Positions 29,901 through 39,662 of a stretch of DNA of 64,000 nt are shown one piece after another (the stretch's first letter is position 1; the number at the start of each line of letters is the position of its first letter). Source of the DNA: Candidatus Iainarchaeum sp. (GTDB lineage Archaea > Iainarchaeota > Iainarchaeia > Iainarchaeales > JAXPJC01); assembly GCA_016187745.1 (NCBI GenBank), contig JACPJC010000007.1, positions 1-64,000 on the forward strand. The letters are read 5' to 3'. The notes under the pieces were generated by a model. That model ran no database searches. It saw only the letters and a list, made by a program, of their open reading frames with translations, and was not told the DNA's origin. The translations under genes were made by a program, and so were the position numbers.

Positions 29901-30770
29901 TGCCTTCAGCGTCGCATATCCGTAATCCGAATAAGTGCGCGTCTGCTCCACCCCGTCCGGGGAATAAAGCACAACCCTCACATTGCTCAGCAGTTCAGCG
30001 GCATCGGAAACAACCTTCATCCTCAGTTCGCCTGTTGCAGGGACGATTGCCTCAAGCTTTATTATTTCGGAAGTTTCATCAATTCTTAAGGAATCCTCCT
30101 CGTTCTGCCTGTAGTTCGGCGCTGAAATCCTTGAAATGCTCAGCGCGCCGCAGTTTTCCGGCGGGGTAATTTTTATTTCCCCGGAGGTCGTTTCAATTGT
30201 TCTCGGCTCCGGCTCAACCCCCGGCGTGCTGCACGAGAATTCCACGGTAATTTTCACCCCGCCAAGTTTCTTGCCGTCGGCGCCGACAAAAGTGATTGTC
30301 TTGTCCCTCGGGGTTATTGCCGCCCCAATTAATTTTATTGCATATTTGAAGCTGGCCCCTGACGGGGAAAGGCTCCTGCTGTATTTCTCATATCCTGACT
30401 TTTCCGCTGAAAGCTCCACCCCCCTGCCGGCAATTACCAGGATTGTTATTTTGCCGAGCGGATTGCTCTGCCTTTTCTGTATGTTCCCGTCCTGCACTAT
30501 CGTTACTTCAACCCCGGCCAATGGAATGTTCTTATCGCTTGTTATTTCAAGCTCAAGTTCCGTGTACTGCGCTTCCGGGGCAATATTAATCAGGGGAAGC
30601 ACAACAAAAAACCCAATAAGCGCCGCAACAATCAGGATTAGGAGCGCAAAACTCGGAACAACCTTGTCTATTGGGTCGATTATTTTATAAACAGGGATTG
30701 CTGCATTTATCCTGTCCAGCACTTTGTAATATGCATCTTCCAGCCTGAAGTAAATGTCCTTTATTCCCAT
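23956..30770 (-). pseudogene. Giant surface protein paralog 1, split into three ORFs (29841-30770, 27095-29884, 23956-27075)
   Basis: Fragments are collinear with 30785..38125 (N-terminal EDAYY motif plus TM, prealbumin-like repeats, CDATQF, FFWVP); frame breaks near 29845 and 27140; may be an assembly artefact. Confidence 0.75.
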
Positions 30771-30784
30771 TTTTAATCATTTTC

Positions 30785-33700
30785 TCATGTAATGCATTCC
30801 TTCTCTGCGGCAATTTCCTCTGGCTCAATATTGCTCATAACAGGCTTGGGGTTCCACCAGAAGTCAATGCTTGTCCCTGAGGAAGTTACGCAGGCAAGCT
30901 CATTCTCAACCAGGTCAAATATGTCCTGCATGTTGTCTATTGTGTCCGCGCCGTGCTGGTTGTTCTCCATTCCCGAAACCCCGTTCAATGGAATATTGGT
31001 GCTGCCTGAAGCGTCAGGAGACACAAACACAACCGAGTCATTTGCAACAACCGCAGTAAGCAGGTTCTCCTTCTGCTGCGGGGTATAGAAGAGGGTTTTA
31101 AGGAACATGTTCCCGAATTTCGCAGGCTCGCAGAACTCAAACCCGTAAGTGGTGCGCGCGGAAGTTGCATCAATCGGCGTGCAGGAAAGGTTTGTTGTGG
31201 GTAGCGCATGTATGTCCTTTGTGTTCGCGAAATCAGTTACTGTGTATCCCCCGTCAAATGTCTTGCAGTTGTATCCCACTCCGCTCCATTCGCTCATGAA
31301 GTAGCCCGAATCCTGCGCGCCGTTTGCAACGCTTACCGAATACAATGCCGATGCCGCCCCTTCCGCATTTGCCATTTTCATCATTACGGGCGTCGCATAG
31401 CTCGGCGCATAAACAAGCTGCGGGTCAGCGTCCCTTGTTTTTGTTATTTTCAGCAGTATCCCCTTTTCAGTGTTGTTAAGATAAGTGAAATCATCCTGCA
31501 ATGTTGTGCGCAAAATTCCATTCGGGATCGGGGTTGAAGCGCTTATTTCTATTGTGCGGATGGGCTGCGTGGTGCTCTGGTTGAGCAGTATTGAAGCCCC
31601 CGAATAATTCAGCCCATACCCCACCCTTGAATTGTCCGTTCCTATAAGCCCGTCAAACGGCATGTAGTATAATGGGGAGTCATTTATTGCCACATCCGCC
31701 TTGTCAAGCGATATGCGCATTTCCGCTATGGGTTCATTTGAGGAATCAAACAATTCCCACGGGCTGCCCGCATCAAATGTCATGTTCACATCGACATTAT
31801 ACACTCCCGGCCCGTTCAGCAGGAATCCTTCCGCCTCCGGATATGCGAACTTAGGGGCAAACTTAAATAGCGAAGTGTCGCCGAAGTACTTCCCCAGCCC
31901 GCTTACTGCATCAGTATAATATGATGGCGCGTCAAAGAATGAAATTGTCATTGCATAATTGTGGAAATCATTGTGGAAATCCGGGCTGAAGCGGTCCTGC
32001 ATCAGATACGCCTGGAAGTCAGCCATTCCCAGCAATTCCTCCTTGCTTGAGATTCCAGAAGGGAACATAAGGGTTTTTCCTGCTGATTCGCTTGCTTCCA
32101 CGAAATCCCTCAGGCGCGCCGTTGTATAAGGTTCGCACAATTCCAGCCCAAATGTTCCGATGCTGAAGAAGCTTGCCAAGCTGTCAGAATTGCTGTTGTT
32201 CAGGCAGTTGCTGCAGGTAATATCAGGCTCTATTTCCGCGCTTACATAATACTGCGCATCCGCAAGGTTTGCGAAGTAACAGCCCAAAGTTTTCTTGCTC
32301 AGCACGTTCTGCCCATTCAGCAGGCAGCTCTGCTGGGCGTTTGTTGAAGTGTTTCTTATTGTAACGTTCAAATCAAAGTCAATCGCGCCCGGGTCTGTAT
32401 TTTTAATTTCCACAATCACATTCACATCCTTCGCTATCTTGTCAATCTTCATTGAGCTTATTCCAATGTCATAATTCGGAATCTCCTGCGTTTTTGTGCT
32501 GAATGCGCTTTCAGCGCTAGGGCATGTGAAAGGCGCGTTCAATGAGAGGAAATTCCTTATCAGCTCGATTTTCTTGAGAACCGCAATGCTGAACTGCGTT
32601 GCATCGCAGAATATGTAATCCTCGTTGTCCGCATCGCATGTGTCCTCATCAATTGAGCTCCAGTCCCATGCGAATCTCACTTTCGGAAGCGCCCCTTCCC
32701 CCGTTGTTCCTGTTCTTGTGGAGCTCCTGCAATCCAGAGCCTCAGGCGGGATATATGGGGTTACATTCTCATCAAATGCAACAGCATTGAACTGCACTCT
32801 GAATTTTACCCCCACATCCTGCTCCTCTTCAATATCAAGCGTGTCAGGCACGCTCTTGCTGTACTCCTTGTCCAGATCATAATCATACTTCTTCGCCTGC
32901 ACATTGAATATTTTGAAGAAAACGCCTTCGCGCTGAGAAATATTTGAAATCTTCACGCTGCGCTCCTCAGTATTCAGCAGAGTGCCGCTCTTCGCCACAA
33001 TCTGCTCCTCCCCAACGCTCAAATTAAGGTCGGTATCAAGCTCCTCGGAAGTGGTAAGCTCATTCAGGGTAACATCGGTGATTTCCACATCGCGCTCTAT
33101 TGTAGTTGCAGTGCCCTTGTCCTCCTGGTTGAAATAGGAGTAGAATGTTCCTGCAAACATCCCAAGCAGCCCGTATCCCAGGGAATTCTTCGCATTTCCC
33201 CACATATCTCCTAAGAAGTCAAATCCACCGGCAGCGAGAATTACATTCCCTGTGGGGGCCGGAACGCCTGTTTGTGATTCAGTGGCTTTGTATGTTGTTA
33301 TATCCCATTCGCCGCTGCCATCAGTTCTCATGCTAACTTCATCATACACCCAGCCAGTCCCATCCCAATAAGGAGTTTCAGAATAAATATAGTCATCACC
33401 AGACCCCACATAAGATACACCTGGTCTTTTGGAAGACAGGTCATCCAGAACTTGCTGCATAGTAGGTTTGTCAGTATCAGTTTCATACCAGCCGCTATCT
33501 GTTATATCCCATTTATTAATTATGTCCATATAATTCGGAACGGTAATTGTTGTTGTAGTTGGCGTAAATAAAGATGTTATTGTTAGTTGTGAAGAGGAGG
33601 CTTCCGTATAAATCTGGCTGAGGGCGTTTGCAAGATCCTTTTTTTCAGACTCAGAATCCGCTAATTGTGTTTCCAAATCTTTTACTGCTTCTGTATCCCC

Positions 33701-36700
33701 CGCAGCTTTGGCTTGATCAACAGCTTTTTTCAAATCAGCAATTTCTTTATCTTTTGCTAAGCTTTGTTTTTCAGTCTCTGCAAGTTTGTCCTGCAGGCCC
33801 TTGGTGGTTCCTGCGACCGTATCTGTTGGTTTCTTTGCCTTGCTGGTGTCCTGGCTCAGGCCGAACATGCTGCTGAGCATGCCCCCGACCATGGAATACA
33901 GGCCCCATTTCAAGCCGTCTGCAAACGCATCGCTCCATGAGCGCAATCCCTTGAGCTTTACTGAATACTCCGCATCATAGCACTGGTTTGTAAGTTCGCT
34001 CGTATCAAATCCATCCGCTGGATTTCCGGGATCATCAAACACATCATACTCAAACCTGTTCAGCTGTATGCAGGAATCTGCAGGGGGCTTTACGCGCGCG
34101 CGCAGCGTAATAACCGGCTTGCTTGTTTTCTCCCCCGCGCCTTTTACTAATACTTCAATCGGATACTGCCCATACATTGCGCCCTCGCTCAGCACTTCTA
34201 TTTCGGAGGAAGTGTCGCTCGATTCCAAATCAAGCTGTGTGGGAGTTACTTCCAAATCGCTTCTTATTGTAAAGGAAGTTGTGCCTCCGCAGTCCTTTGT
34301 TTCAATTGTAAATGAATCGGAGTCAGGGGAATACATTTCAAGCAGCTCCTTGCTGAATGTTATGCAGTCGCGCAGGTTCACAACAGTAATGTCCGCCTGG
34401 ATATCATCGCTCAGCACCTGCTCCCCGTGCTCTGAATAATTAACCGCCTCAATAACAATCTTTGCCTTTGCATTGCCGGAAACTCCCCCAAACGGAGAGA
34501 ATGTAAGTGTAGCGCTCAGTGAGGTGTCAGGATCAATTTCATTCAGTATTGTGCGCGCATATCCGCTTCTAAGTTCCCTTCCAACATCCCCGACTGTAAT
34601 TACAAAGCTCCCTATTTCATTTGTCTGCCAGTCAACCCTCGCACGCAGATTATAAAGCGTTACAGGGGTTGAATCTACTGCACAGCCGTTCTGTATCTGG
34701 AATTCCGTAACAATAGGATTTCCCTCGGTCATGGCCTCCCATGTGCTCTGGGTAACAGCAAAGCAGCCCGGGGTCACTTCCCCCCCGATTCCTATTGAAA
34801 CAGTAACCGGAAGCGTAAATACCCACTTCTCATCGAAATTCCCCGCCTCAAGCGTTATTGTTCCCTTGAGCGTCTGCGCCTCTGTCAATTGCTTTCCCGA
34901 ATCCGTAAGATAGGACTTGAAGCTCGCCTCAAATGTGCTTTCCTCAACAATTACCTGGCCTATATAGCTGAAGAGCCAGTTGTTGCTTTTTTCAATATCC
35001 ACATAGCCCTTGAAATCCCCGCCAAGCTCCAAGGTAATTATTTTCAGCGGGAAATGCGTAAGATTCTCAATTGCAAATTCATCAGAGCTTTCCGCAGCAT
35101 CCTTTATATTGAGCGAAACCCCTATAGCATCAGGGGAAAATTTGAGAACTTCGCTCTCTATTGCAAGCTCAACGCTCACAAAATCATACTCGGGCTTTGA
35201 AACCTCAATTGCAAGTTCCTCCCCCGGCAGCTGCGCGGGCATTATCAGTTTTGCAGTTCCATCCTTTGCCGTTTCAACTTCATCAATCAGATTCCCCTGC
35301 CTGTCCTTCAATTTCACTATCGCATCCTCAATCTCAAGCTGTGTGCCTGCATCCTTGACAGTTACAGTAATGTCATTCTCTATCCCGCTCGGATATTCTG
35401 TGGGCGAAACCTTCACATCCATCCTGTTGGGAGCGGAAGTCGCTATTATGAGGTCCTTCTCAAACACAACCCTGAAATCCGAAACCATGCGCATCTCAAT
35501 CATTGCGGCATTTGACTTCTGCGTTGTAAAGTAAAGCGTGCCCGAAACCTTGCTGTTCGGCGCGAAATTCCCGATGTCAAGCCACGGGAACTCATACCCA
35601 TTAACTGTTCCTGAGCTTGCAATCCCCTCCGAATCGTAAATTATGTAACTGTCAAATAGCAATGACTCCTCGGGATTCTTTATGCGCAGGTTCGCATTGT
35701 TGTGGATTTTTGTCTTTGAATTGTTGGTAATTGTGAAGGAAAGCATATAGCGGTTGTAGATTGTTGCCTGGTAGCTCTCAAGCACAGCGCTTGCAATCTC
35801 CTCCTTCAAATCCGTAATGCTTGACTCAAAGCAGAAATCATCATCGCACAGCCCCCCTGCGCCAAGCTGATAAATCTGCTGGTATGTGGTGCAGTACAAA
35901 TCATATGTAGCAACTGTGCATTCCTTGTCCCTTACTGTTGTTCCATCCTTTGCCCACGCCCTGTAATCAATTGTAAGCTTGTCAGTAACTGAGGCGGTGC
36001 TCTTTATGAGTATTGTTGCTTCTGCATTGTAAATTCCTGCTTTCGGGCTTGCCAAAGTAGCATTGAACCATTTTGCCTCCGCGCTTGTTATGGAAGCGAT
36101 ATCATTCGAATAGCCGTTCCCGTAGGAAGTGTACTTGAATATTGTTGCATTTGGTATGTTAATTTCCTTTATGAGCAATGAGTCCTTCTCCATTATCAAT
36201 GCGCTTCCCGTCCTCACATGGATTCCCGCTTCAGTGTAGCTCTTCTCCTCAGGAATGACCAGCTGGAATTTCGCAATGTACTCCTCATCGGAAGCGACGC
36301 TTGTTGCTATTTTCTCATTCTTGTAAAGCCCAAGGAACCTTATGCGTGCCTCCCCGCTTATTATGGGTGCTTCCATTTCCACATTGAATGTTTGGACAGT
36401 ATTTGCAATTACTGATTTTACAGCTGAAATGTAATCCGCCTTCTCCTCCTTGCTCACTATCACATACACTTTCTTGTCTGCCTTTGTTGCAAGCCTGTAA
36501 GTTCCGTTCGCATCAGTGTAATCGCTCCCGAACAGCGAATTGTCAAGCGCATCATAAACATCAACCTTTGCAAACGCTATTGCAATTCCCTCAGCATCAG
36601 TCACATTCACATTCACAAGCCCATCGCCCATGACCATCGTGATGTCAAGGCTTATGTCCTCGGCAAGGCGCATGTCAAAGAATTTCGCTTCCGACTTCCC

Positions 36701-38125
36701 CGAAGCGCTTGACTTGTACGCGAACGCCTTGTAGTTCCCGTTCTGCACGCGCGTGAAGCTTGCTATTCCGTTTATGTCTGTAACCTGCTCCCCATATCCG
36801 GCAAGGAAGCCGGAATCCGCATTGTAGAGCGCGGCCCTTGCGTTCTGCACGTTTTTTCCGGATTCATTCACCACCTTCACTTTGAGCGTTCCTCCGTTGG
36901 CGCCGGTGTATTTCTCAATCTCGGCAATGTAAGTTGCGGAGCCCGCATTTATGTTTGCGATTTTTCCAATGAGGTAATCGGGATGGTCAATGACCGCCTT
37001 GTAGGTGATTGTGGAATCAGCAACATTGAACTTGACAATTCCGTTCGCATCGGAAGCGGTAGTAAGGACTTCCACAATGTCATCATTCTCCTTCCGCAAT
37101 TGCACCTGCGCGCCTGCGACAGCGCTTTTTGTTGACTTGTCAATTACCTGAATCTGCACAAACCCGGCGATGTTCTTTGAAAGATTGAAATCATAATTTA
37201 CTGTTGCATTGCTTGCAAGGGAAAGAAGCCCTGACTCCAATTGCGCATAAACGTTATTGGGGTCGTAAGTTCGCAGCTTGTAGTTTCCCGCATTCAGCGC
37301 GAGAATTGCCTGCCCCGAGGAATTTGTTGTTTCAGTTCCGATTCCCAGGCCCATTTCATTGTATGCCGTTATACGAATTCCCGCAACCGGCGCGTTGAGG
37401 TAGGAAACGCCCACATTTATTGTCCCTGTTGCAACAATCAACGGCTCAAGGTAAATGGGCTGGTCGGCAAACGCATAAGAGTCGATATTCCTGTATGTGT
37501 CGCTTTTAACGCTTACATATAATTTCCCGCAGTTGCTCGGGATCTGCACATCGGCCTCGCCTGTGTATGTGGTTATGCTTCCGATTTGCGGAGCGCGCGC
37601 GTTCTCGCACGCAAATGAGAGCTCGGCCCTTCCCACAATCGGGATTCCTGCGCTCAGGAGCCTTATTTTCTTTGTTGAGAGCTCAGGCGCAACCAGCTGC
37701 AGGGTAATTGTCTTGCTCTCCGCTGCCTTTGAAATTTGGATAGTTGAAGTTGCGGTCTTGTAATTGTCCTTTTTTGCAGTAATTGCCACGCTTGCGCCAA
37801 TGCTTGTTGTGAAGGATGCGTCCCCGAAATCCTTTGTTTCCGCGGTTTTTGTAATCCCTGCATATGTTATTGTAACGCTTGCATTCGGCAATGCGCTTCC
37901 TGAATCATCAACGACCTTTACCGCAAGCGTTGCCTCCTGCGGCAGTATTACCGGGAGCAAAAAGAAATATGCCCCAAGGGCAATAAGCGCAATAAGGATT
38001 ATGAAAACTATAAAGCTGGGCATTATCTTGTCTATGCGGTCAACAAGCCCTGCTATGGGTATTACGCCATCAATTTTCTCAACAAGCCTGTAATAGCCGT
38101 CTTCCAGTTTCCGGTAAATGCCCAT
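30785..38125 (-). CDS. Giant surface protein paralog 2 (2446 aa), carboxypeptidase-regulatory/prealbumin-like repeats
   Basis: EDGYY N-motif, single TM, repeated VxDxxGxxxxNAxV..TDxNG units, CDATQF, YYMPFDG, FWWNP. Confidence 0.9.
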   Translation of the reverse strand: MGIYRKLEDGYYRLVEKIDGVIPIAGLVDRIDKIMPSFIVFIILIALIALGAYFFLLPVILPQEATLAVKVVDDSGSALPNASVTITYAGITKTAETKDFGDASFTTSIGASVAITAKKDNYKTATSTIQISKAAESKTITLQLVAPELSTKKIRLLSAGIPIVGRAELSFACENARAPQIGSITTYTGEADVQIPSNCGKLYVSVKSDTYRNIDSYAFADQPIYLEPLIVATGTINVGVSYLNAPVAGIRITAYNEMGLGIGTETTNSSGQAILALNAGNYKLRTYDPNNVYAQLESGLLSLASNATVNYDFNLSKNIAGFVQIQVIDKSTKSAVAGAQVQLRKENDDIVEVLTTASDANGIVKFNVADSTITYKAVIDHPDYLIGKIANINAGSATYIAEIEKYTGANGGTLKVKVVNESGKNVQNARAALYNADSGFLAGYGEQVTDINGIASFTRVQNGNYKAFAYKSSASGKSEAKFFDMRLAEDISLDITMVMGDGLVNVNVTDAEGIAIAFAKVDVYDALDNSLFGSDYTDANGTYRLATKADKKVYVIVSKEEKADYISAVKSVIANTVQTFNVEMEAPIISGEARIRFLGLYKNEKIATSVASDEEYIAKFQLVIPEEKSYTEAGIHVRTGSALIMEKDSLLIKEINIPNATIFKYTSYGNGYSNDIASITSAEAKWFNATLASPKAGIYNAEATILIKSTASVTDKLTIDYRAWAKDGTTVRDKECTVATYDLYCTTYQQIYQLGAGGLCDDDFCFESSITDLKEEIASAVLESYQATIYNRYMLSFTITNNSKTKIHNNANLRIKNPEESLLFDSYIIYDSEGIASSGTVNGYEFPWLDIGNFAPNSKVSGTLYFTTQKSNAAMIEMRMVSDFRVVFEKDLIIATSAPNRMDVKVSPTEYPSGIENDITVTVKDAGTQLEIEDAIVKLKDRQGNLIDEVETAKDGTAKLIMPAQLPGEELAIEVSKPEYDFVSVELAIESEVLKFSPDAIGVSLNIKDAAESSDEFAIENLTHFPLKIITLELGGDFKGYVDIEKSNNWLFSYIGQVIVEESTFEASFKSYLTDSGKQLTEAQTLKGTITLEAGNFDEKWVFTLPVTVSIGIGGEVTPGCFAVTQSTWEAMTEGNPIVTEFQIQNGCAVDSTPVTLYNLRARVDWQTNEIGSFVITVGDVGRELRSGYARTILNEIDPDTSLSATLTFSPFGGVSGNAKAKIVIEAVNYSEHGEQVLSDDIQADITVVNLRDCITFSKELLEMYSPDSDSFTIETKDCGGTTSFTIRSDLEVTPTQLDLESSDTSSEIEVLSEGAMYGQYPIEVLVKGAGEKTSKPVITLRARVKPPADSCIQLNRFEYDVFDDPGNPADGFDTSELTNQCYDAEYSVKLKGLRSWSDAFADGLKWGLYSMVGGMLSSMFGLSQDTSKAKKPTDTVAGTTKGLQDKLAETEKQSLAKDKEIADLKKAVDQAKAAGDTEAVKDLETQLADSESEKKDLANALSQIYTEASSSQLTITSLFTPTTTTITVPNYMDIINKWDITDSGWYETDTDKPTMQQVLDDLSSKRPGVSYVGSGDDYIYSETPYWDGTGWVYDEVSMRTDGSGEWDITTYKATESQTGVPAPTGNVILAAGGFDFLGDMWGNAKNSLGYGLLGMFAGTFYSYFNQEDKGTATTIERDVEITDVTLNELTTSEELDTDLNLSVGEEQIVAKSGTLLNTEERSVKISNISQREGVFFKIFNVQAKKYDYDLDKEYSKSVPDTLDIEEEQDVGVKFRVQFNAVAFDENVTPYIPPEALDCRSSTRTGTTGEGALPKVRFAWDWSSIDEDTCDADNEDYIFCDATQFSIAVLKKIELIRNFLSLNAPFTCPSAESAFSTKTQEIPNYDIGISSMKIDKIAKDVNVIVEIKNTDPGAIDFDLNVTIRNTSTNAQQSCLLNGQNVLSKKTLGCYFANLADAQYYVSAEIEPDITCSNCLNNSNSDSLASFFSIGTFGLELCEPYTTARLRDFVEASESAGKTLMFPSGISSKEELLGMADFQAYLMQDRFSPDFHNDFHNYAMTISFFDAPSYYTDAVSGLGKYFGDTSLFKFAPKFAYPEAEGFLLNGPGVYNVDVNMTFDAGSPWELFDSSNEPIAEMRISLDKADVAINDSPLYYMPFDGLIGTDNSRVGYGLNYSGASILLNQSTTQPIRTIEISASTPIPNGILRTTLQDDFTYLNNTEKGILLKITKTRDADPQLVYAPSYATPVMMKMANAEGAASALYSVSVANGAQDSGYFMSEWSGVGYNCKTFDGGYTVTDFANTKDIHALPTTNLSCTPIDATSARTTYGFEFCEPAKFGNMFLKTLFYTPQQKENLLTAVVANDSVVFVSPDASGSTNIPLNGVSGMENNQHGADTIDNMQDIFDLVENELACVTSSGTSIDFWWNPKPVMSNIEPEEIAAEKECIT

Positions 38126-38235
38126 AGTTTATCGCTTGATTAATTTATTCATTATACGCTATTAATCTTATGGCTTTCCCTGTATTTAATATTATAGTAT
38201 AATGGCTGGATATATAAATAAAACCTGATTTATTA

Positions 38236-38460
38236 ATGTTTCGGATTGAGGGGGCTCGGGAGCATCCTGTATTGCCCCAAAAACAATATCCAAAAATAGT
38301 GTCCGTTTGGGATTTGATCAAATTGCGAAAGAATAAGCAGAAGAAGCTGGAAAATGCAATGTGTTTAGAATGCAAAGAATTTGCAAATCTCTGCCCCAAT
38401 TATCTCCCTCTTGTGCGCAATTGCTTAACTTTAAATAATGTTTTCAGAGTTTTTCCATAA
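38236..38460 (+). CDS. Small hypothetical protein, possible partner of the PIN toxin
   Basis: Stop overlaps PIN start (TAATG); Cys motif CLECKEFANLC. Confidence 0.4.
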   Translation: MFRIEGAREHPVLPQKQYPKIVSVWDLIKLRKNKQKKLENAMCLECKEFANLCPNYLPLVRNCLTLNNVFRVFP

Positions 38461-38957
38461 TGGAGCAAGTCTGGCAGGCTCAGTTCTATCCTGATACAAA
38501 TTATATTTATGGCGGATTTAAGAAGCTGGCTATAGAATTGAAGAAGAAGGACAGAAAAAGATTCAAAACTGAAATAAAGGACTTTGAGCAGAGGCAGAAG
38601 CTGATTGACAAAGGAATAAAATTCATAATCTCAGAATTGACAGAATTTGAAATCAAAAACAGCCTGATGAATGAAGAGGGATTAACCTTCAGCCAAGCCA
38701 ATCACATATTCCAAAGGAGGATTGTTGAGTGCCCGATTTATACAAAAATAGCAATAAAGAGCGTCAATCTGGATTATACTTTCATTAATTGGGCGTTGCA
38801 GCACAAATTCGGGTTAAATGACGCATTCCACATACTGATTGCCACAAAGCTGAAACTGATTGTCATAACAAAGGAAAGAAACATTGAAAAATGGCAGAAA
38901 GCCTATCATAATGTCTGGAGTGCAGAGCAATTCCAGGACTATGTCAGAAAGTTATGA
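38460..38957 (+). CDS. PIN-domain (VapC-like) nuclease
   Basis: YPDTNY, ISELTEFEI, LNDAFHILIA, IVITKE. Confidence 0.8.
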   Translation: MEQVWQAQFYPDTNYIYGGFKKLAIELKKKDRKRFKTEIKDFEQRQKLIDKGIKFIISELTEFEIKNSLMNEEGLTFSQANHIFQRRIVECPIYTKIAIKSVNLDYTFINWALQHKFGLNDAFHILIATKLKLIVITKERNIEKWQKAYHNVWSAEQFQDYVRKL

Positions 38958-39185
38958 CTCTGTTGGCCAATCTCCTCAGTTCCCTGCTGTTTTTTGCCTT
39001 AACTGCGGATTGAAGCCTGTTTGGAAGCAATTGGCCTGCATGCATAACCCTGACCCTGACGCCATTGAGCGTTATTGTCTGGCTTTTTAGCTTTTCCATA
39101 TTTATCACAAATGAGTGCCTTTTAGTATATATTACTTCTTGCTTCAGAATCTTTTTAAATGCAACCCACAGGCGCATTCCCGCTT

Positions 39186-39653
39186 TCAGCCGGCAATCCC
39201 TATTATCACAGCGGCAACCAATGAAACCCCGAACAGCGCAACCATCTCCCTCTTGTGCGCGAAAAAATTCCCCGTTCCCCTGAAATCAGCATACAGATAG
39301 CGCCCTGCAACAAGCGCTGCATATGCGGCAATGAAAAGCGGAATTGCGCCCGCAATTGTTTCAACCGGCGCGCCCAAAAAAGCCTTTCCCTGCATTATCC
39401 CGACAAAGAACAGAATCAGCGGCGCGGAGCTTCCGAAAAACAGCAATGAGAAAATGAAAACGCTTGCCGTAAGAAGCAATAAATTCAGCGCTGGATTTGC
39501 GCTCAGTTCCATAAGTGAAAAAACCGCAATTGAATTCGCGCCCACAAAAATCCCAAGCGCCCAGCACAAAAGGGAAACAATGAAAACGCCCTGCAGAACC
39601 CCAATGCGCAGGTTCAGCTTCTTCCGCCCCTTCTGCTTGGTTTTTTTAGGCAT
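39186..39653 (-). CDS. Multi-pass membrane protein (weakly SpoIIM-like)
   Basis: Basic N-tail plus ~5 TM; directly downstream of giant paralog 3. Confidence 0.7.
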   Translation of the reverse strand: MPKKTKQKGRKKLNLRIGVLQGVFIVSLLCWALGIFVGANSIAVFSLMELSANPALNLLLLTASVFIFSLLFFGSSAPLILFFVGIMQGKAFLGAPVETIAGAIPLFIAAYAALVAGRYLYADFRGTGNFFAHKREMVALFGVSLVAAVIIGIAG

Positions 39654-39662
39654 TGCTTTTCA

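Noticed and set aside
38944-39177. 77-aa minus-strand ORF
   Set aside because: Short, uncertain start, no motif; cannot be supported as a gene
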